Shown here in pieces: positions 9,513 to 19,527 of a stretch of 54,992 nt of DNA. The notes under the pieces were generated by a model that worked only from the letters and a program-made list of their open reading frames with translations, had not been told where the DNA came from and did no database searches. Source of the stretch: Dehalococcoidia bacterium (GTDB taxonomy: Bacteria > Chloroflexota > Dehalococcoidia > UBA2979); the NCBI GenBank assembly GCA_050486345.1, contig JBJHDC010000003.1:371-55362 (forward strand), given 5' to 3'. Position 1 is the stretch's first letter; every line of letters starts with the position of its first letter. The position numbers and the translations under genes were made by a program.

Positions 9513-10736
9513 ATGGCGGCGCTCGATGGGATGCGCGTGCTCGACATGACGCAGTACGAGGCGGGGACCTCGTGCACGCAGGCGCTGGCCTGGCTCGGGG
9601 CGGACGTGGTGAAGGTCGAACGCCCGCGCGTCGGCGATCCGGGCCGCGGGATCGAGCGCGGGGAGGACCACCGTCCGTACTTCCTGACATGGAACTCGAA
9701 CAAGCGTGGCATTGCGCTGGACCTGGAGCAGCCAGAGGGGCGGGAGCTGCTGCTGCGGATGCTGCCGCGCTTCGATGTCTTCGTAGAGAACTACGGACCC
9801 GGGGTGATCGAAAAGCTCGACCTTGGCTACGACGCGCTGCGAGCGGTGCACCCTCAGTTGATCTACGCGCGGCTCAAGGGCTTCGGCACCACAGGGCCGT
9901 ATGCCAACTACAAGTGCATGGACATGGTCGCGCAGGCAGCGGGCGGGTCGTTCTCTGTCACCGGGTACGAGGACACGCCGCCGACGCGACCGGGTTTCAC
10001 TGTGGGCGACGCGGGGACCGGGGTGCAGCTGGCGCTGGCGATCACGGCTGCCTACGTGCAGAAGCTGCGCACCGGGGAGGGCCAGGAGATCGAGATTTCG
10101 ATGCAGGAGGCGCTCACCTATTACATGCGCACGTCGATTGCGGTGCGCGGCGATTCAGGGCGTGGGGTCGCGCCGCGCATGGGCAACCGGGGGGATCCGC
10201 CCACGGATCTCTACCCCTGCAAGCCATTTGGGCCGAACGACTACGTGTACATCATGGTCGTCACCGAGCGGATGTGGCGGACACTGTGCACGCTGATCGG
10301 GCGCCCCGACCTGCCTGAGGATCCGCGATTCGCCACCCGCGAGGAGCGCATCGCGCATGGGCCTGAGTTGTACGCTGAGATCGAGGCGTGGACGAGGGAG
10401 CACACGAAGTACGAGGCGATGCAGGCCCTTGCGGAGGGCCTGCCTGCGGGCGCGGTGCTGGATACGCGCGATCTGTTCGAGGATCCGCACCTGGCGGCCC
10501 GCGGCTTCGTGCATGAGGTCGAGCATCCTACCGAGGGGCCAGTCCGCCTGCTCGGATGGCCGCCTCGGCTCTCGCGCAGCGAGGTGCCGATCGAGCCCGC
10601 GCCGCTGCTCGGCCAACACACCGCCGAGGTGTTGCAGTCCGAACTCGGTCTGTCGGAAGCAGAGGTGCGCTCGTTGCAGTCCTCGGGCGTCGTTGCGATG
10701 AGCGAGGTCGAGACAGCCGGGGGTAGGACAGCCTAG
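9513..10736 (+). CDS. family III CoA-transferase (CaiB/BaiF / formyl-CoA transferase-like)
   Basis: N-terminus LDGMRVLDMTQYEAGTSCTQALAWLGADVVKVERP and the internal segment GTGPYANYKCMDMVAQAAGG are typical of the family. GAGGAGG lies upstream of the ATG. Confidence 0.9.
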   Translation: MAALDGMRVLDMTQYEAGTSCTQALAWLGADVVKVERPRVGDPGRGIERGEDHRPYFLTWNSNKRGIALDLEQPEGRELLLRMLPRFDVFVENYGPGVIEKLDLGYDALRAVHPQLIYARLKGFGTTGPYANYKCMDMVAQAAGGSFSVTGYEDTPPTRPGFTVGDAGTGVQLALAITAAYVQKLRTGEGQEIEISMQEALTYYMRTSIAVRGDSGRGVAPRMGNRGDPPTDLYPCKPFGPNDYVYIMVVTERMWRTLCTLIGRPDLPEDPRFATREERIAHGPELYAEIEAWTREHTKYEAMQALAEGLPAGAVLDTRDLFEDPHLAARGFVHEVEHPTEGPVRLLGWPPRLSRSEVPIEPAPLLGQHTAEVLQSELGLSEAEVRSLQSSGVVAMSEVETAGGRTA

Positions 10737-10847
10737 CGGATAAGCATCACGCTTCAGTCCAGCCACATGCGGGGCAACTCGGGTGACGAATGGGAGCCGG
10801 GCTTGTGCCCGGCTCCCTCCGCACTCGGTCTCCGGTCGCAGCGCCGG

Positions 10848-13800
10848 TCAGTCGACTGTCACTCGCACCTGCATCGACTCGATCGCCCACGTCAGGAATT
10901 CAAGGCTATACCCGCTCGCCGAGCAGTCCGCCCATGCCAGCTTGTTCTGGAACGACTCACCGATGGGGATGATCTGGAAGCACCCGTGCGATTCGAGATC
11001 GTAGTCGCCGACGTCCCACAGCCGATTCGACGTGTTGTTGAACACCGCCGTCCCATCAACGAGGTCATCGAACGGCTTGATCAGCCGGATACCCTTGCGA
11101 CCCATCTGGCCTACCGAACCCGGTCTGCCGGGGTCGACGTTTAGCGTGTTCCACACGCTCTGTGACACACCGATCGGGCTGTGCACGATCTGCTCCGGGT
11201 CCGTCACGATGTGCCACACTGCAATTCCGCTGTCCGAGATGTCCTCGTCGAAGTACGGCGAGCCCATCCCTTCCTTCCGGTACTCAAGGATGTAGAACTC
11301 CTCCCCGTGCGGGTTGTCGTAGCGCGGCAGGATGTAGACCGTGTCGCCCTTTGGCGTCGGTTGCACGTTGAGGATCTGATCCTCGTCGACGATCACCGGG
11401 GTCACCCAGCCGAGCATGAGCTTGTGCCACGGGTCCAGGTGCGTCGTCGTACGACGGTTGTCCGCGAGTAGCCCCATGTCGTCCTGTTCGGTCGCCCAGT
11501 CGATGTTCGGCATGTACTGGTCGTCCGCCAGCATCCACACGTGCATCAGTTCGTGCGCGATCGTTGTGAACTGGTGCTTCTCGATCGACTCATCGAGGCT
11601 CGTGTACACCTTCGCCACGTACCGTGGGAGCTCCACTCCGTCGCGCACCATCGGCGTCGAGTAGTTCGGGTTGTCGTCGGTGCACGTAGCTCCGTACAGG
11701 GTCGCCATCGAGCTGCCGTTGCCGTTCTTGCGTGGAATCACGACCACGATTGCGAGCTCCTGGGGGTCCACTCGGCCGTCGCCGTTCGCGTCGAACACGC
11801 TGAAGTCCACGTCCTGTCCGGCGAGCGATACGGCTTCGGCAATCAGCAGATCGCCACCATTGTCGAAACCGTATGTGCAGCCGCCGGGGTGGTCGTAATA
11901 GAGGCCGGAGCCGAACTGCGCGTCATACCAGCCGGTGACGCCCGGTCCCGGGCCCTTCGAGATCGTGAATCGTCCACCAGAGTTCGCGCTGAAGTACGAC
12001 TGTACGTTGTTCGGCTGGAACGTCGTGAATCCACCTCCCGCGCTGCCGTGGCCGAACATCGCGGCCTCCACCTTCCCCTTCGGCAGGTCCGCCTGCGTCT
12101 TGCAGTCGGGGTCAGGGGTTGGCGCGCGGCCCGCAATGATGCTGTCGCGGTCACCGCAGAGGCCCGGGTCCCACAGGATCGCCAGGACGTTGCGCGTGCC
12201 GATCATCGGCTCGATGTGCGGGATGTAGTCGCCCTCCCAGTTAACGTGGCCGCCACCGAACTGTGGCGCCTCCGCCAGGTCAGGCGTGAACGCGGTCTCG
12301 CTCAGCACGGTGAGCGTCCGGTCGCCCACGTAGGCATCGCCGGCGCCCGACGATCCCCACCAGATCTCTGCCTCATGCGTGCCGGGCGTGAGTCCCTTCG
12401 CGTCGAACGTGAACGTCTTCACCTGCGCGCCCATCGAGCCATCGGTGAGCTCCACCAGGTCATCCGTGTACAGCCATCCGTCGACGGCCAGCACCGCGAA
12501 CACCGGCGAACCGCTGATCGTGCCCACCTCCGCGCTCAGTCGCACCGCAACCTCGCCGTTGCCCGTCTCCGGAATCGTGAACTGTGCCTTCATGTTGGGC
12601 ATCGGCTCCAACCCGTTCGTCGTCGTGGAAACACTGGGGCCCGAGGCTGCCGCCGTGAACGGATTCGCTGCCCGAGGTACGGCGGAGAGCGCGATGGTGC
12701 GATCACCTAGCCCCGCCGTGCCGCCGGACTCGGTCATCCACTGGAACTTGACGAAGTGCCACCCGGTCGCAAGGTCGTTTGCCCCGAACGTCGCCGATCG
12801 CGACTGGGGTGAACCACCCTTGGCGAACACCATGTCGCCGGGCGACAGCGGTTGACCGTCCACCAACGCTCGGAGGTAGATGCGCTTGCCGTTGGTGACG
12901 TACGTCTCCGCGCTCATCGTTGCCGTCAGATCCTGCCCCTGCCCGACGTAGATGAAGCCCCACATCGATGGGATATCTGTCCAGCTCGTGCTCGTGGTCT
13001 CCACGTTCAGCCCGCTTGCTGGGGTCTGCACGTTCAGGGCGCCGTTCAACGATGGTGCGGCGTGGCCCATCTGTACCAGAAGAGAGGCGTTGCGCATGTA
13101 GCCCGTCGCGCGCTCATCCATCCGCCAGCGCATCTCCACGGTGTGGATGCCCCGCGACACCTCGGTTGAGAACACGAACGACCGCACGCCGGCGTACTCG
13201 GTGACCGCGAATACGACGTCGCCCGGGTCGACCGGCTTCCCATCGACCACCGCCTGCAGGAACATGCGGCGGTTCGCCCCCGCCAGGTCGTCTTCGACGT
13301 ACGCTTCCGCGGAGAAGTGAATCGCGACATTCGTCCGATCCCGCGGTGCGACGAACGAGGCCGTCATCTGGCGGCCGGCCGGCGCCTCACGCGAGCCCCG
13401 CCAGATCACATCACCCTTGATGTTCACGAAGTTCTGCGAACGCGTCGTGAGCCACCCGTCGCCCGCACAGGCGCTTGATCCTGACTCGTGGCAGCGAGGT
13501 GTCCCCAGGGCATCCTCTACCCGAATCCCGAACCCCTCGAACGGCGCCGGGCGTTCTGCCGCCAGGTCGCCCAGGCGGTCAAAGTGCGAGCGGACGCGCT
13601 CGATGTCGCGCTGGTCAGGTGTTCGCCGTTCCCGGACTCGCTGCACCGCATTGGCCAGCGCCTCGGCTTCGCGAGCGAGTTCCGGGTCGTTCCGAAGCCA
13701 CTCGACCTCGAAATCTGCCAGCAGGTCATTCGCGGCCGCAAGGATGACGTGATCCTCCACCGCATCAAGGTGACTCCCCCGTTCGGGGCCCTGTCTCGGT

Positions 13801-13880
13801 TCCTGCGCCTGAGTGGTCAGAACGACTGCGAACGACGCCAGCAACACACTTGCGACGATCGTGAATGTACGGTGGAACAT
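10848..13880 (-). CDS. secreted multidomain protein with three tandem beta-rich repeats and a C-terminal M6 (immune inhibitor A-like) Zn-metalloprotease domain
   Basis: The signal peptide MFHRTFTIVASVLLASFAVVLTTQAQ starts at ATG 13880, with GGAGAG upstream. HELMH lies at 11541-11555 and is followed by ADDQY. The segment FDANGDGRVDPQELAIVVVIP is typical of the M6 domain. Confidence 0.8.
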   Translation of the reverse strand: MFHRTFTIVASVLLASFAVVLTTQAQEPRQGPERGSHLDAVEDHVILAAANDLLADFEVEWLRNDPELAREAEALANAVQRVRERRTPDQRDIERVRSHFDRLGDLAAERPAPFEGFGIRVEDALGTPRCHESGSSACAGDGWLTTRSQNFVNIKGDVIWRGSREAPAGRQMTASFVAPRDRTNVAIHFSAEAYVEDDLAGANRRMFLQAVVDGKPVDPGDVVFAVTEYAGVRSFVFSTEVSRGIHTVEMRWRMDERATGYMRNASLLVQMGHAAPSLNGALNVQTPASGLNVETTSTSWTDIPSMWGFIYVGQGQDLTATMSAETYVTNGKRIYLRALVDGQPLSPGDMVFAKGGSPQSRSATFGANDLATGWHFVKFQWMTESGGTAGLGDRTIALSAVPRAANPFTAAASGPSVSTTTNGLEPMPNMKAQFTIPETGNGEVAVRLSAEVGTISGSPVFAVLAVDGWLYTDDLVELTDGSMGAQVKTFTFDAKGLTPGTHEAEIWWGSSGAGDAYVGDRTLTVLSETAFTPDLAEAPQFGGGHVNWEGDYIPHIEPMIGTRNVLAILWDPGLCGDRDSIIAGRAPTPDPDCKTQADLPKGKVEAAMFGHGSAGGGFTTFQPNNVQSYFSANSGGRFTISKGPGPGVTGWYDAQFGSGLYYDHPGGCTYGFDNGGDLLIAEAVSLAGQDVDFSVFDANGDGRVDPQELAIVVVIPRKNGNGSSMATLYGATCTDDNPNYSTPMVRDGVELPRYVAKVYTSLDESIEKHQFTTIAHELMHVWMLADDQYMPNIDWATEQDDMGLLADNRRTTTHLDPWHKLMLGWVTPVIVDEDQILNVQPTPKGDTVYILPRYDNPHGEEFYILEYRKEGMGSPYFDEDISDSGIAVWHIVTDPEQIVHSPIGVSQSVWNTLNVDPGRPGSVGQMGRKGIRLIKPFDDLVDGTAVFNNTSNRLWDVGDYDLESHGCFQIIPIGESFQNKLAWADCSASGYSLEFLTWAIESMQVRVTVD
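12303..13451 (-). repeat. three tandem intragenic repeats of about 115-130 aa within the protease gene
   Basis: Three units share the pattern (M/L)TA..SAE.YV....(R/K)..L.A.VDG.P..PGD.VFA......F.F....L..G.H.V...W......G.(G)DR(T/S)L.V. The units begin MTASFVAP..., LTATMSAETYV... and MKAQFTIPETG.... Confidence 0.7.
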
Positions 13881-14033
13881 GGCTCTCTCCTCGTGAATAC
13901 GCGGTATCCCGCTACAGGAGAGACGAACGTCTGCCGGTTTTCTTACAGACATGCTCCATGCGTCCGGCGGCACGAGGAAACGACCGTGTTCGCGGCGAGG
14001 AGCCGCCGCGAAGCCTCTCCTTCGAGCAGAGCG

Positions 14034-15332
14034 CTATTCGAGCTGCGTCGCGACCGGTGACGCCCGCCGGATCGCGTCGCGCACAGCGAGGGCGATCAAG
14101 GGAACCGTCACGAGCGCGGCGAACAGGTTCAGCAGCGCGTAGGAACCGAGGCCGATCACCACCCCCGAGAGCACACCGGCACTGGCGCCTGCGGTCCCCA
14201 TCACCAGGTCAGCCGCCCCCTGGACCTGCGGGCGATCCTCGATCGGTACCGCCTCAGTGAGCAGGGTGGATCCGGCGATCAGCGTGCAGGACCAGCCCAG
14301 GCCTAACAGGAAGAGCCCGATTCCGAGCTGCGTCGACTCGTGGCCGGTCGCCGTGCCGGCGATCAGGAACGATGCCAGCAGCAGCAGACATCCGGCGAGG
14401 ATCACCGGGTGTCGTCCGTACCGGTCCGCGAGAATGCCAACCAGCGGCGAGGCGATGTACATCCCCGCGCTGTGCCCGCTGATGACGAGCCCGATGATCT
14501 GCAACGTGGCGTCGCCGTGGTGCAGGTGGACAGGGGTCATCGACATCACTCCGACCATCACGGCATGCCCCACCGCCATCGCGAACAGCCCGAGGCGCGC
14601 GCGGGGTACGGATGCGATGCCCGAGAGGACGGCGCGCACCGACTTCCGGGGTGGCCTGGGGGATGGTCCCGTCACACCGGCGATTCTGGCCACCTCGGCG
14701 CGGGCGGCGAGCAAGGGATCCGGTCGCAGCAGCACAGCGATCATCGCGGCGGCGACAGCGAAGGTGACGGCCATGAGCACGTAGGGTCCGGCGAACCGGG
14801 TCACGCCCGCCGCCTCCGCGAGATCACCCATCGGCTGGATCAGGTTAGGCCCGAGCACAGACCCGATGGTGGTTGCCCATACGACCATCGCCAGTGAGCG
14901 GCCTCGGCGCGCGGCAGTGGCGAGGTCTGCCGCCGCGTAGCGAGATTGCAACCCCGCGGCCGTACCGCCGCCGGAGAGCAGGAGGCCGGCGAGCACCACC
15001 GGCAGCAGGCGCAGCACAGCACCAGTGATGATCAACATCGCGCCGATGATGCCGACCGCGTACGCGAGCAGCAGCCCTCGACGGCGGCCGTGGACGTCCA
15101 TGACACGGGACACGGGTACCGCGATCAGCGCGGCGCCGATCACAGTGGAAGCGGCCCCGAGCCCGCTCAGCGACTCGCTCCCCACTTCCGCGATCAGCAA
15201 CGCCCCCATGGCGATCCCGGAGGCCACACCGACCCCACCAAGAATCTGCGCCGACGCGAGCACGCGGACGATCCGTCGCTGAGCGACTTCCAGGTCGATC
15301 GACGGCTGCGTATTCACCACCGCGGGGTCCAT
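14034..15332 (-). CDS. MFS transporter
   Basis: 432-aa ORF with 12 predicted TM segments. Has MFS loop motifs (VSRVMDVHGRRRG and GILADRYGRHP). Confidence 0.9.
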   Translation of the reverse strand: MDPAVVNTQPSIDLEVAQRRIVRVLASAQILGGVGVASGIAMGALLIAEVGSESLSGLGAASTVIGAALIAVPVSRVMDVHGRRRGLLLAYAVGIIGAMLIITGAVLRLLPVVLAGLLLSGGGTAAGLQSRYAAADLATAARRGRSLAMVVWATTIGSVLGPNLIQPMGDLAEAAGVTRFAGPYVLMAVTFAVAAAMIAVLLRPDPLLAARAEVARIAGVTGPSPRPPRKSVRAVLSGIASVPRARLGLFAMAVGHAVMVGVMSMTPVHLHHGDATLQIIGLVISGHSAGMYIASPLVGILADRYGRHPVILAGCLLLLASFLIAGTATGHESTQLGIGLFLLGLGWSCTLIAGSTLLTEAVPIEDRPQVQGAADLVMGTAGASAGVLSGVVIGLGSYALLNLFAALVTVPLIALAVRDAIRRASPVATQLE

Positions 15333-15822
15333 TCCCAGACGTGTGCGGACTGCAGAGGCAGTGCATTGTCACACGAGGCCTGTGCTGACGCATCGGCAAG
15401 CTCAGGTGTGGTGGTTTGGAGGCCGAAATCCCTCGTGGACGGGGGCGTACCGTAATGTCCCCGTTGCTGGCTCGCGTATGTGCACGCGAGAGATGGCGCG
15501 CGGGGGCCTCTTCGATGAATCTCTGGTCGTCTGTCGCACCCGTGGTGGAGGGGATGCTTCATTCGGCGAGCCGGCTGCCCGGGACGGTGGCAGCGTTGTC
15601 GCCAGACACGATGGGGGATGCGACCTCAGCTGACACGAGCAGTGCTGATGTCGCGTACGCTCGGTTCGCTGCGCTGCCGTTCCCGTCGTTCACCGCATCT
15701 CCTGGTGCACACGCGAATGCCAGAACCCGCTACCGTATTGGCGCGAGGAGCGGCTGACGTGAACACGCTCACGGTCTGGCTCGCTCCCCTGGCACCGAGT
15801 TTCACAGCGCGGAGGTTCTTTC

Positions 15823-17046
15823 ATGAGGCACAGTACGGATCGCATCCTCGTCTCGCACGCGGGCAACCTGCCCCGTCCCGATTCGCTCAATGAGCTGATC
15901 GACGGCGGACGCAACACGAGTTCGGCCGACCAGGCCGAGTACCACCGCCGCCTGCCCGAAGCGGTGAAGCACATCGTGGACCGTCAGATCGAGTACGGGA
16001 TCGATGTCGTCAACGACGGTGAGTACGTGAAGGCAGGAAGCTACGGCGGATACATCAACTCCCGCATCGCCGGCTTCGAGACGCGCCCCGTCGAGGGTGT
16101 CGACCCCTCTCAGACCCCCGGTACTGGTGCTCGCGAGCGCAACGACTTCCCTGGGACGTACCAGACGCACCTGTGGTACTCGGGGTCGGGTGGGCCGATT
16201 CGTCCCGGGTTCCTCGTTGACGGTGTGCGAACGGGTGCGGCTGCCGCCGCCGACCAGGCGAAGAACCAGAAGGTCGCCGTCGGGCCGATCACGTACACCG
16301 GCCACGACGCGATCCAGGCGGACATCGCCAACCTCAAGACGGCACTGGAGGGCACCGACGCCGAGGGCTACATCGCCTCGATCGGCCCGCTGAGCGTCGG
16401 CGCGCGCGCGCTCAACGAGCACTACCCAAACGATGATGACGTCCTCTTCGCCACCGCCGAGGCGCTGGGCGAAGAGTGGAAGGCGATCGCCGACGCCGGT
16501 CTCATCGTCCAGGTGGACGAACCGCAGCTCGCCACGAGCTACGAGTTCTACCCCGACTGGACCGTGGAAGAGACGCGGAAGTACCTAGAGCGCGCGATCG
16601 AGGCCATCAACCACGGCTTGCGCGACGTGCCCCGCGAGAACGTCCGCCTCCACTTCTGCTGGGGGAGCGGGCACCGTCCGCACACCACGGACCTTGAGCT
16701 CAAGCACTTTGCCGACATCATGGCCCGCGCGAAGGCGCAGATGATTTCCTTCGAGGCGGCCAACGTGCGCCACTCACACGAGTGGGACGTGTGGAAGGAC
16801 GTCCGGCTGGAGCCGGACACGATCCTCATGCCCGGCGTCCTCAGCCACGCCACGGACCTGGTGGAGCACCCGGAGCTGATCGCGGAGCGCCTCGAGCAGT
16901 ACGCCAGCGTCGTGGGGCGCGAGAACGTGCAGACGGGCACCGACTGCGGCATCGGCTCTCGAGTCGGACACGAAGAGGTCGTCTGGGCCAAGCTACAGGC
17001 GATGGCCGAAGGCGCGCGCATCGCCAGCGAGCGACTCTGGCGGTAA
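15823..17046 (+). CDS. cobalamin-independent methionine synthase C-terminal-like (Meth_synt_2 / MetE-like) Zn alkyltransferase family protein
   Basis: N-terminus RILVSHAGNLPRPDSL. Putative Zn ligands are retained: H-x-C (LHFCWG), E (SFEAANV) and C (GTDCGIG). It is a paralogue of 39925-41103. Confidence 0.85.
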   Translation: MRHSTDRILVSHAGNLPRPDSLNELIDGGRNTSSADQAEYHRRLPEAVKHIVDRQIEYGIDVVNDGEYVKAGSYGGYINSRIAGFETRPVEGVDPSQTPGTGARERNDFPGTYQTHLWYSGSGGPIRPGFLVDGVRTGAAAAADQAKNQKVAVGPITYTGHDAIQADIANLKTALEGTDAEGYIASIGPLSVGARALNEHYPNDDDVLFATAEALGEEWKAIADAGLIVQVDEPQLATSYEFYPDWTVEETRKYLERAIEAINHGLRDVPRENVRLHFCWGSGHRPHTTDLELKHFADIMARAKAQMISFEAANVRHSHEWDVWKDVRLEPDTILMPGVLSHATDLVEHPELIAERLEQYASVVGRENVQTGTDCGIGSRVGHEEVVWAKLQAMAEGARIASERLWR

Positions 17047-17267
17047 CCGAGCATCTGCTTCTCGCATAGCGGAGCGGGACAGCGAAGAGGAACGTATCGA
17101 GAGATGTGAAGCCAATGCTGACCGCGCATACCCGGCTCCTGATCGAACCACACCCGATCGTCGGGTGAGCCGGCGATATGCGCGGAACGGCGCGGCTTAC
17201 ACACCCCGCCCTTCTGGGAGCCAACACGATCGGCACGCGGGGTAGAGAAAGTCTCAGGACGTAGTGC

Positions 17268-17293
17268 CCCCTCCGCGAAGCGTCGCGGAGGGG
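17268..17293. other. strong GC hairpin in the 630-nt non-coding gap
   Basis: CCCCTCCGCGA-agcg-TCGCGGAGGGG, an 11-bp perfect stem with a 4-nt loop. No U-tract on either strand. Confidence 0.3.
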
Positions 17294-17478
17294 ATGCACC
17301 CACCACCAGCAGACCGAGGGTACGTCCAAACCTGATGCTCGCCGACGGATCCTGCTGATAGGAGGAGCGTCGGAACGAGACGGCTTCGCCTTAGCATCCC
17401 CGTCGGCCGCCCAACGACGTAGCGGCACACCCCCACCTCGACCGCGGCGAAGCGCTGTCGAGATGCAATATGGAGGTA

Positions 17479-17570
17479 TCGCGGACCTACCGTAGCCAGT
17501 GTCGCCCGAGTTCGAAGCCGCGTCCGGCAAGTGCCGTGCAGGTTCCGAGGCCAGAGTGTCGCGGACCTAC
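17479..17570 (+). repeat. 12-nt exact direct repeat TCGCGGACCTAC (17479-17490 and 17559-17570), 80 nt apart
   Basis: Read directly from the sequence. The flanks are partly similar as well (GT[A/G]TCGCGGACCTAC, and GCCAG(A)GTGTCGC recurs). Confidence 0.3.
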
Positions 17571-17677
17571 AGGAACTCTCAAGGGTGCTCGTGTGTCATG
17601 GAGCGGGAACGGGGTTCAGCCCGCGACCCTCTGTTTTGGAAGACCGCCAGTTCGACCGATTGTCCTGTCCCGACACC

Positions 17678-19213
17678 TCACTCCTGGTGCAACGCCTCGG
17701 CCGGGCGCACGCGCGATGCCTGGTAGGCCGGGAGGAATGTCGTGAGTAGTGACGCCCCGTATGCCACACCAATGATGATCAGGATGGTCGCCCACGGCAC
17801 CTAGTAGGTGACCCCTTCGAACTCCTCTGCAATGGCATCGACGACATAGAGCGAGAGACTGCTGCCGAGGAGCGTGCCCAGCAGAATCCCGAGCAGCGCC
17901 ACGAATGATGACTCGATCATGAACGAGGCCTGCACCATCTCGCGCTGGAATCCGAGCGCGCGCATCACGCCGATCTCCTGGCGCCGCTCAACCACCGACC
18001 GTGCGGCGATCACACCCAGCGCCGCGATGCCGACGACCAACACGAGGGCAACAAAGCCGGTGAGCAGGCTGTCCAGCATCACGTTCGCCGCGGCGATATC
18101 TCGAATCTCCTCCTCGAGCACTGTGACCTGCAGACCGTGTTCGACGAACGCTAGCCGGAGCGCACTGGCGGCCTGATCGGCATTCGCACCCTCGACGAGC
18201 GTGATCATGTGCATGAGCGGAGGTCATGGCTCAGTTCGTAGAGCCCAGAGCGTCTCTGAGGAGGTCATAACAGCACCTGCGTAGAAGGCGAAGGACTCGA
18301 ACACGCCGATGACCCGCAACTCACTGATCTCGCCTGTGATCGGATCCCCGACCTCCAGGGTCACCTCAGGGAGTACCTCGTCCTCGAGCACGAAGCCCTC
18401 GAAGAGGAACGGTGGCTCAAAGCCCCCCACCGAGAACGATGTGCGCGCGGGGACCAGCATGGCGCCCACGACGACCGTCCTGGGCTCACCCCGTAGCGCC
18501 TGCCAGACCTCGTCAGCCGACCCGTACTCAGGCGCACGCATGGAGAAGCCGTAGGTGACAGATTCTGTGAACCCGGTGTCCGCGCCCTGCAGGATGAAGT
18601 CGACGAAGGGCTGGTCTGTCCCACCGGCTCGTGCCTCAACCGCTGCCGGCGCGATGCTGCCAACGGCGCCGAACCCCAGCGTGCTGAGTTCTGGTGAGTC
18701 TGCGATCGCAGCTTCAAGGTCGCGGATGGGGTTGGAAGCACTCACGGTCGTGCGGATGTCAAAGCCACCAGAGAGGCGCTCGGTATCGTCGAACACGGAA
18801 CCGATAGCAGTGAGGATGAACGACATGACAACCAGCGTGAACACCACGAGCGAGAACATCGCGAGGGTCATGCCCGTTCGGAAGCGATTCCGCATCGGGT
18901 ACGACAGCGCCGTGCGGAGCAATGGCGGCAGACTCTTCACCCGTCCGAGGGTCGCGATGAGCCCGGTGAGTAGCAGATCCGAGTTGTACATCACCGCCCA
19001 GACGGCGCCGACCACGATCATGATCCCCGAGAGGAAGAACATCTCGATGCCCATCTCGGAGTCAGGGAGTCCGGGGAGCAGCGCCGAAAGCCATGACTCC
19101 GGTAGCAGCCACCAGGCGACCAGGCCATGGCCCGCGACGGTGTAGGCCAAGCGGTCAGGAATCCCAAACCAACGGGTGAGCAGCGGGACTCCGATGATGA
19201 GCAGGGAGACGCC
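17678..19213 (-). pseudogene. FtsX/MacB-type ABC transporter permease, N-terminally truncated, with internal in-frame stop codons
   Basis: One continuous frame reads ...SSETLWALRTEP-TGA(18224-18226)-PPLMHMITLVEGAN...RRQEIGVMRALGFQREMV...EEFEGVTY-TAG(17801-17803)-VPWATILIIIGVAYGASLLTTFLPAYQASRVRPAEALHQE-TGA(17678-17680). The FtsX-domain consensus runs across both stops. Upstream of 19213 there is no first FtsX half. Confidence 0.8.
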
Positions 19214-19527
19214 TCATCTCCACCGGGACGCAGGCGAGCACATGGGTGCTCGCGGTGCGCAGTCGCTGGGTGCTTCGACCTCACTCATCGCACCCGCTGA
19301 GCCGCGCGTGCTCACGACTCCGCGATTCATGGGACTTGCTTACCCGCAGCGCCACCCGGCGGTCTCGGGGCCGCGGCCATCGCGAAACACGGGGACCAAG
19401 GCCCCTCCCGGGTGGGACGTAACGCACGTTGCGAAACCACTAGCGCACCTTCACGCTGGTCGCCATGGTCGATGGGAAGTGCTGAATCCTCAGCAAACCA
19501 GTGGACATTCGATCAGAAGAGGCCGGG

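Noticed and set aside
15409-15460. Cobalamin riboswitch call upstream of the MetE-like gene
   Set aside because: Only a loose resemblance to part of the core is present. I could locate no B12 box (..AGYCMGG.GACCKGCC..) and no convincing P1-P6 architecture by eye. It is kept only as something to test with a covariance model.
17508-17519. GAGTTCGAAGCC, a T-loop-like motif suggesting a tRNA
   Set aside because: The flanking bases do not form a T-stem, and no acceptor, D or anticodon arms can be drawn. I do not see a tRNA here or elsewhere in the window.
19217-19500. Possible remnant of the missing first half of the FtsX permease, or of its ATPase
   Set aside because: I translated the upstream sequence near 19217-19330, mainly in the FtsX frame, and found no hydrophobic or ABC-like segments. 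The region looks non-coding and presumably contains the arcC promoter.
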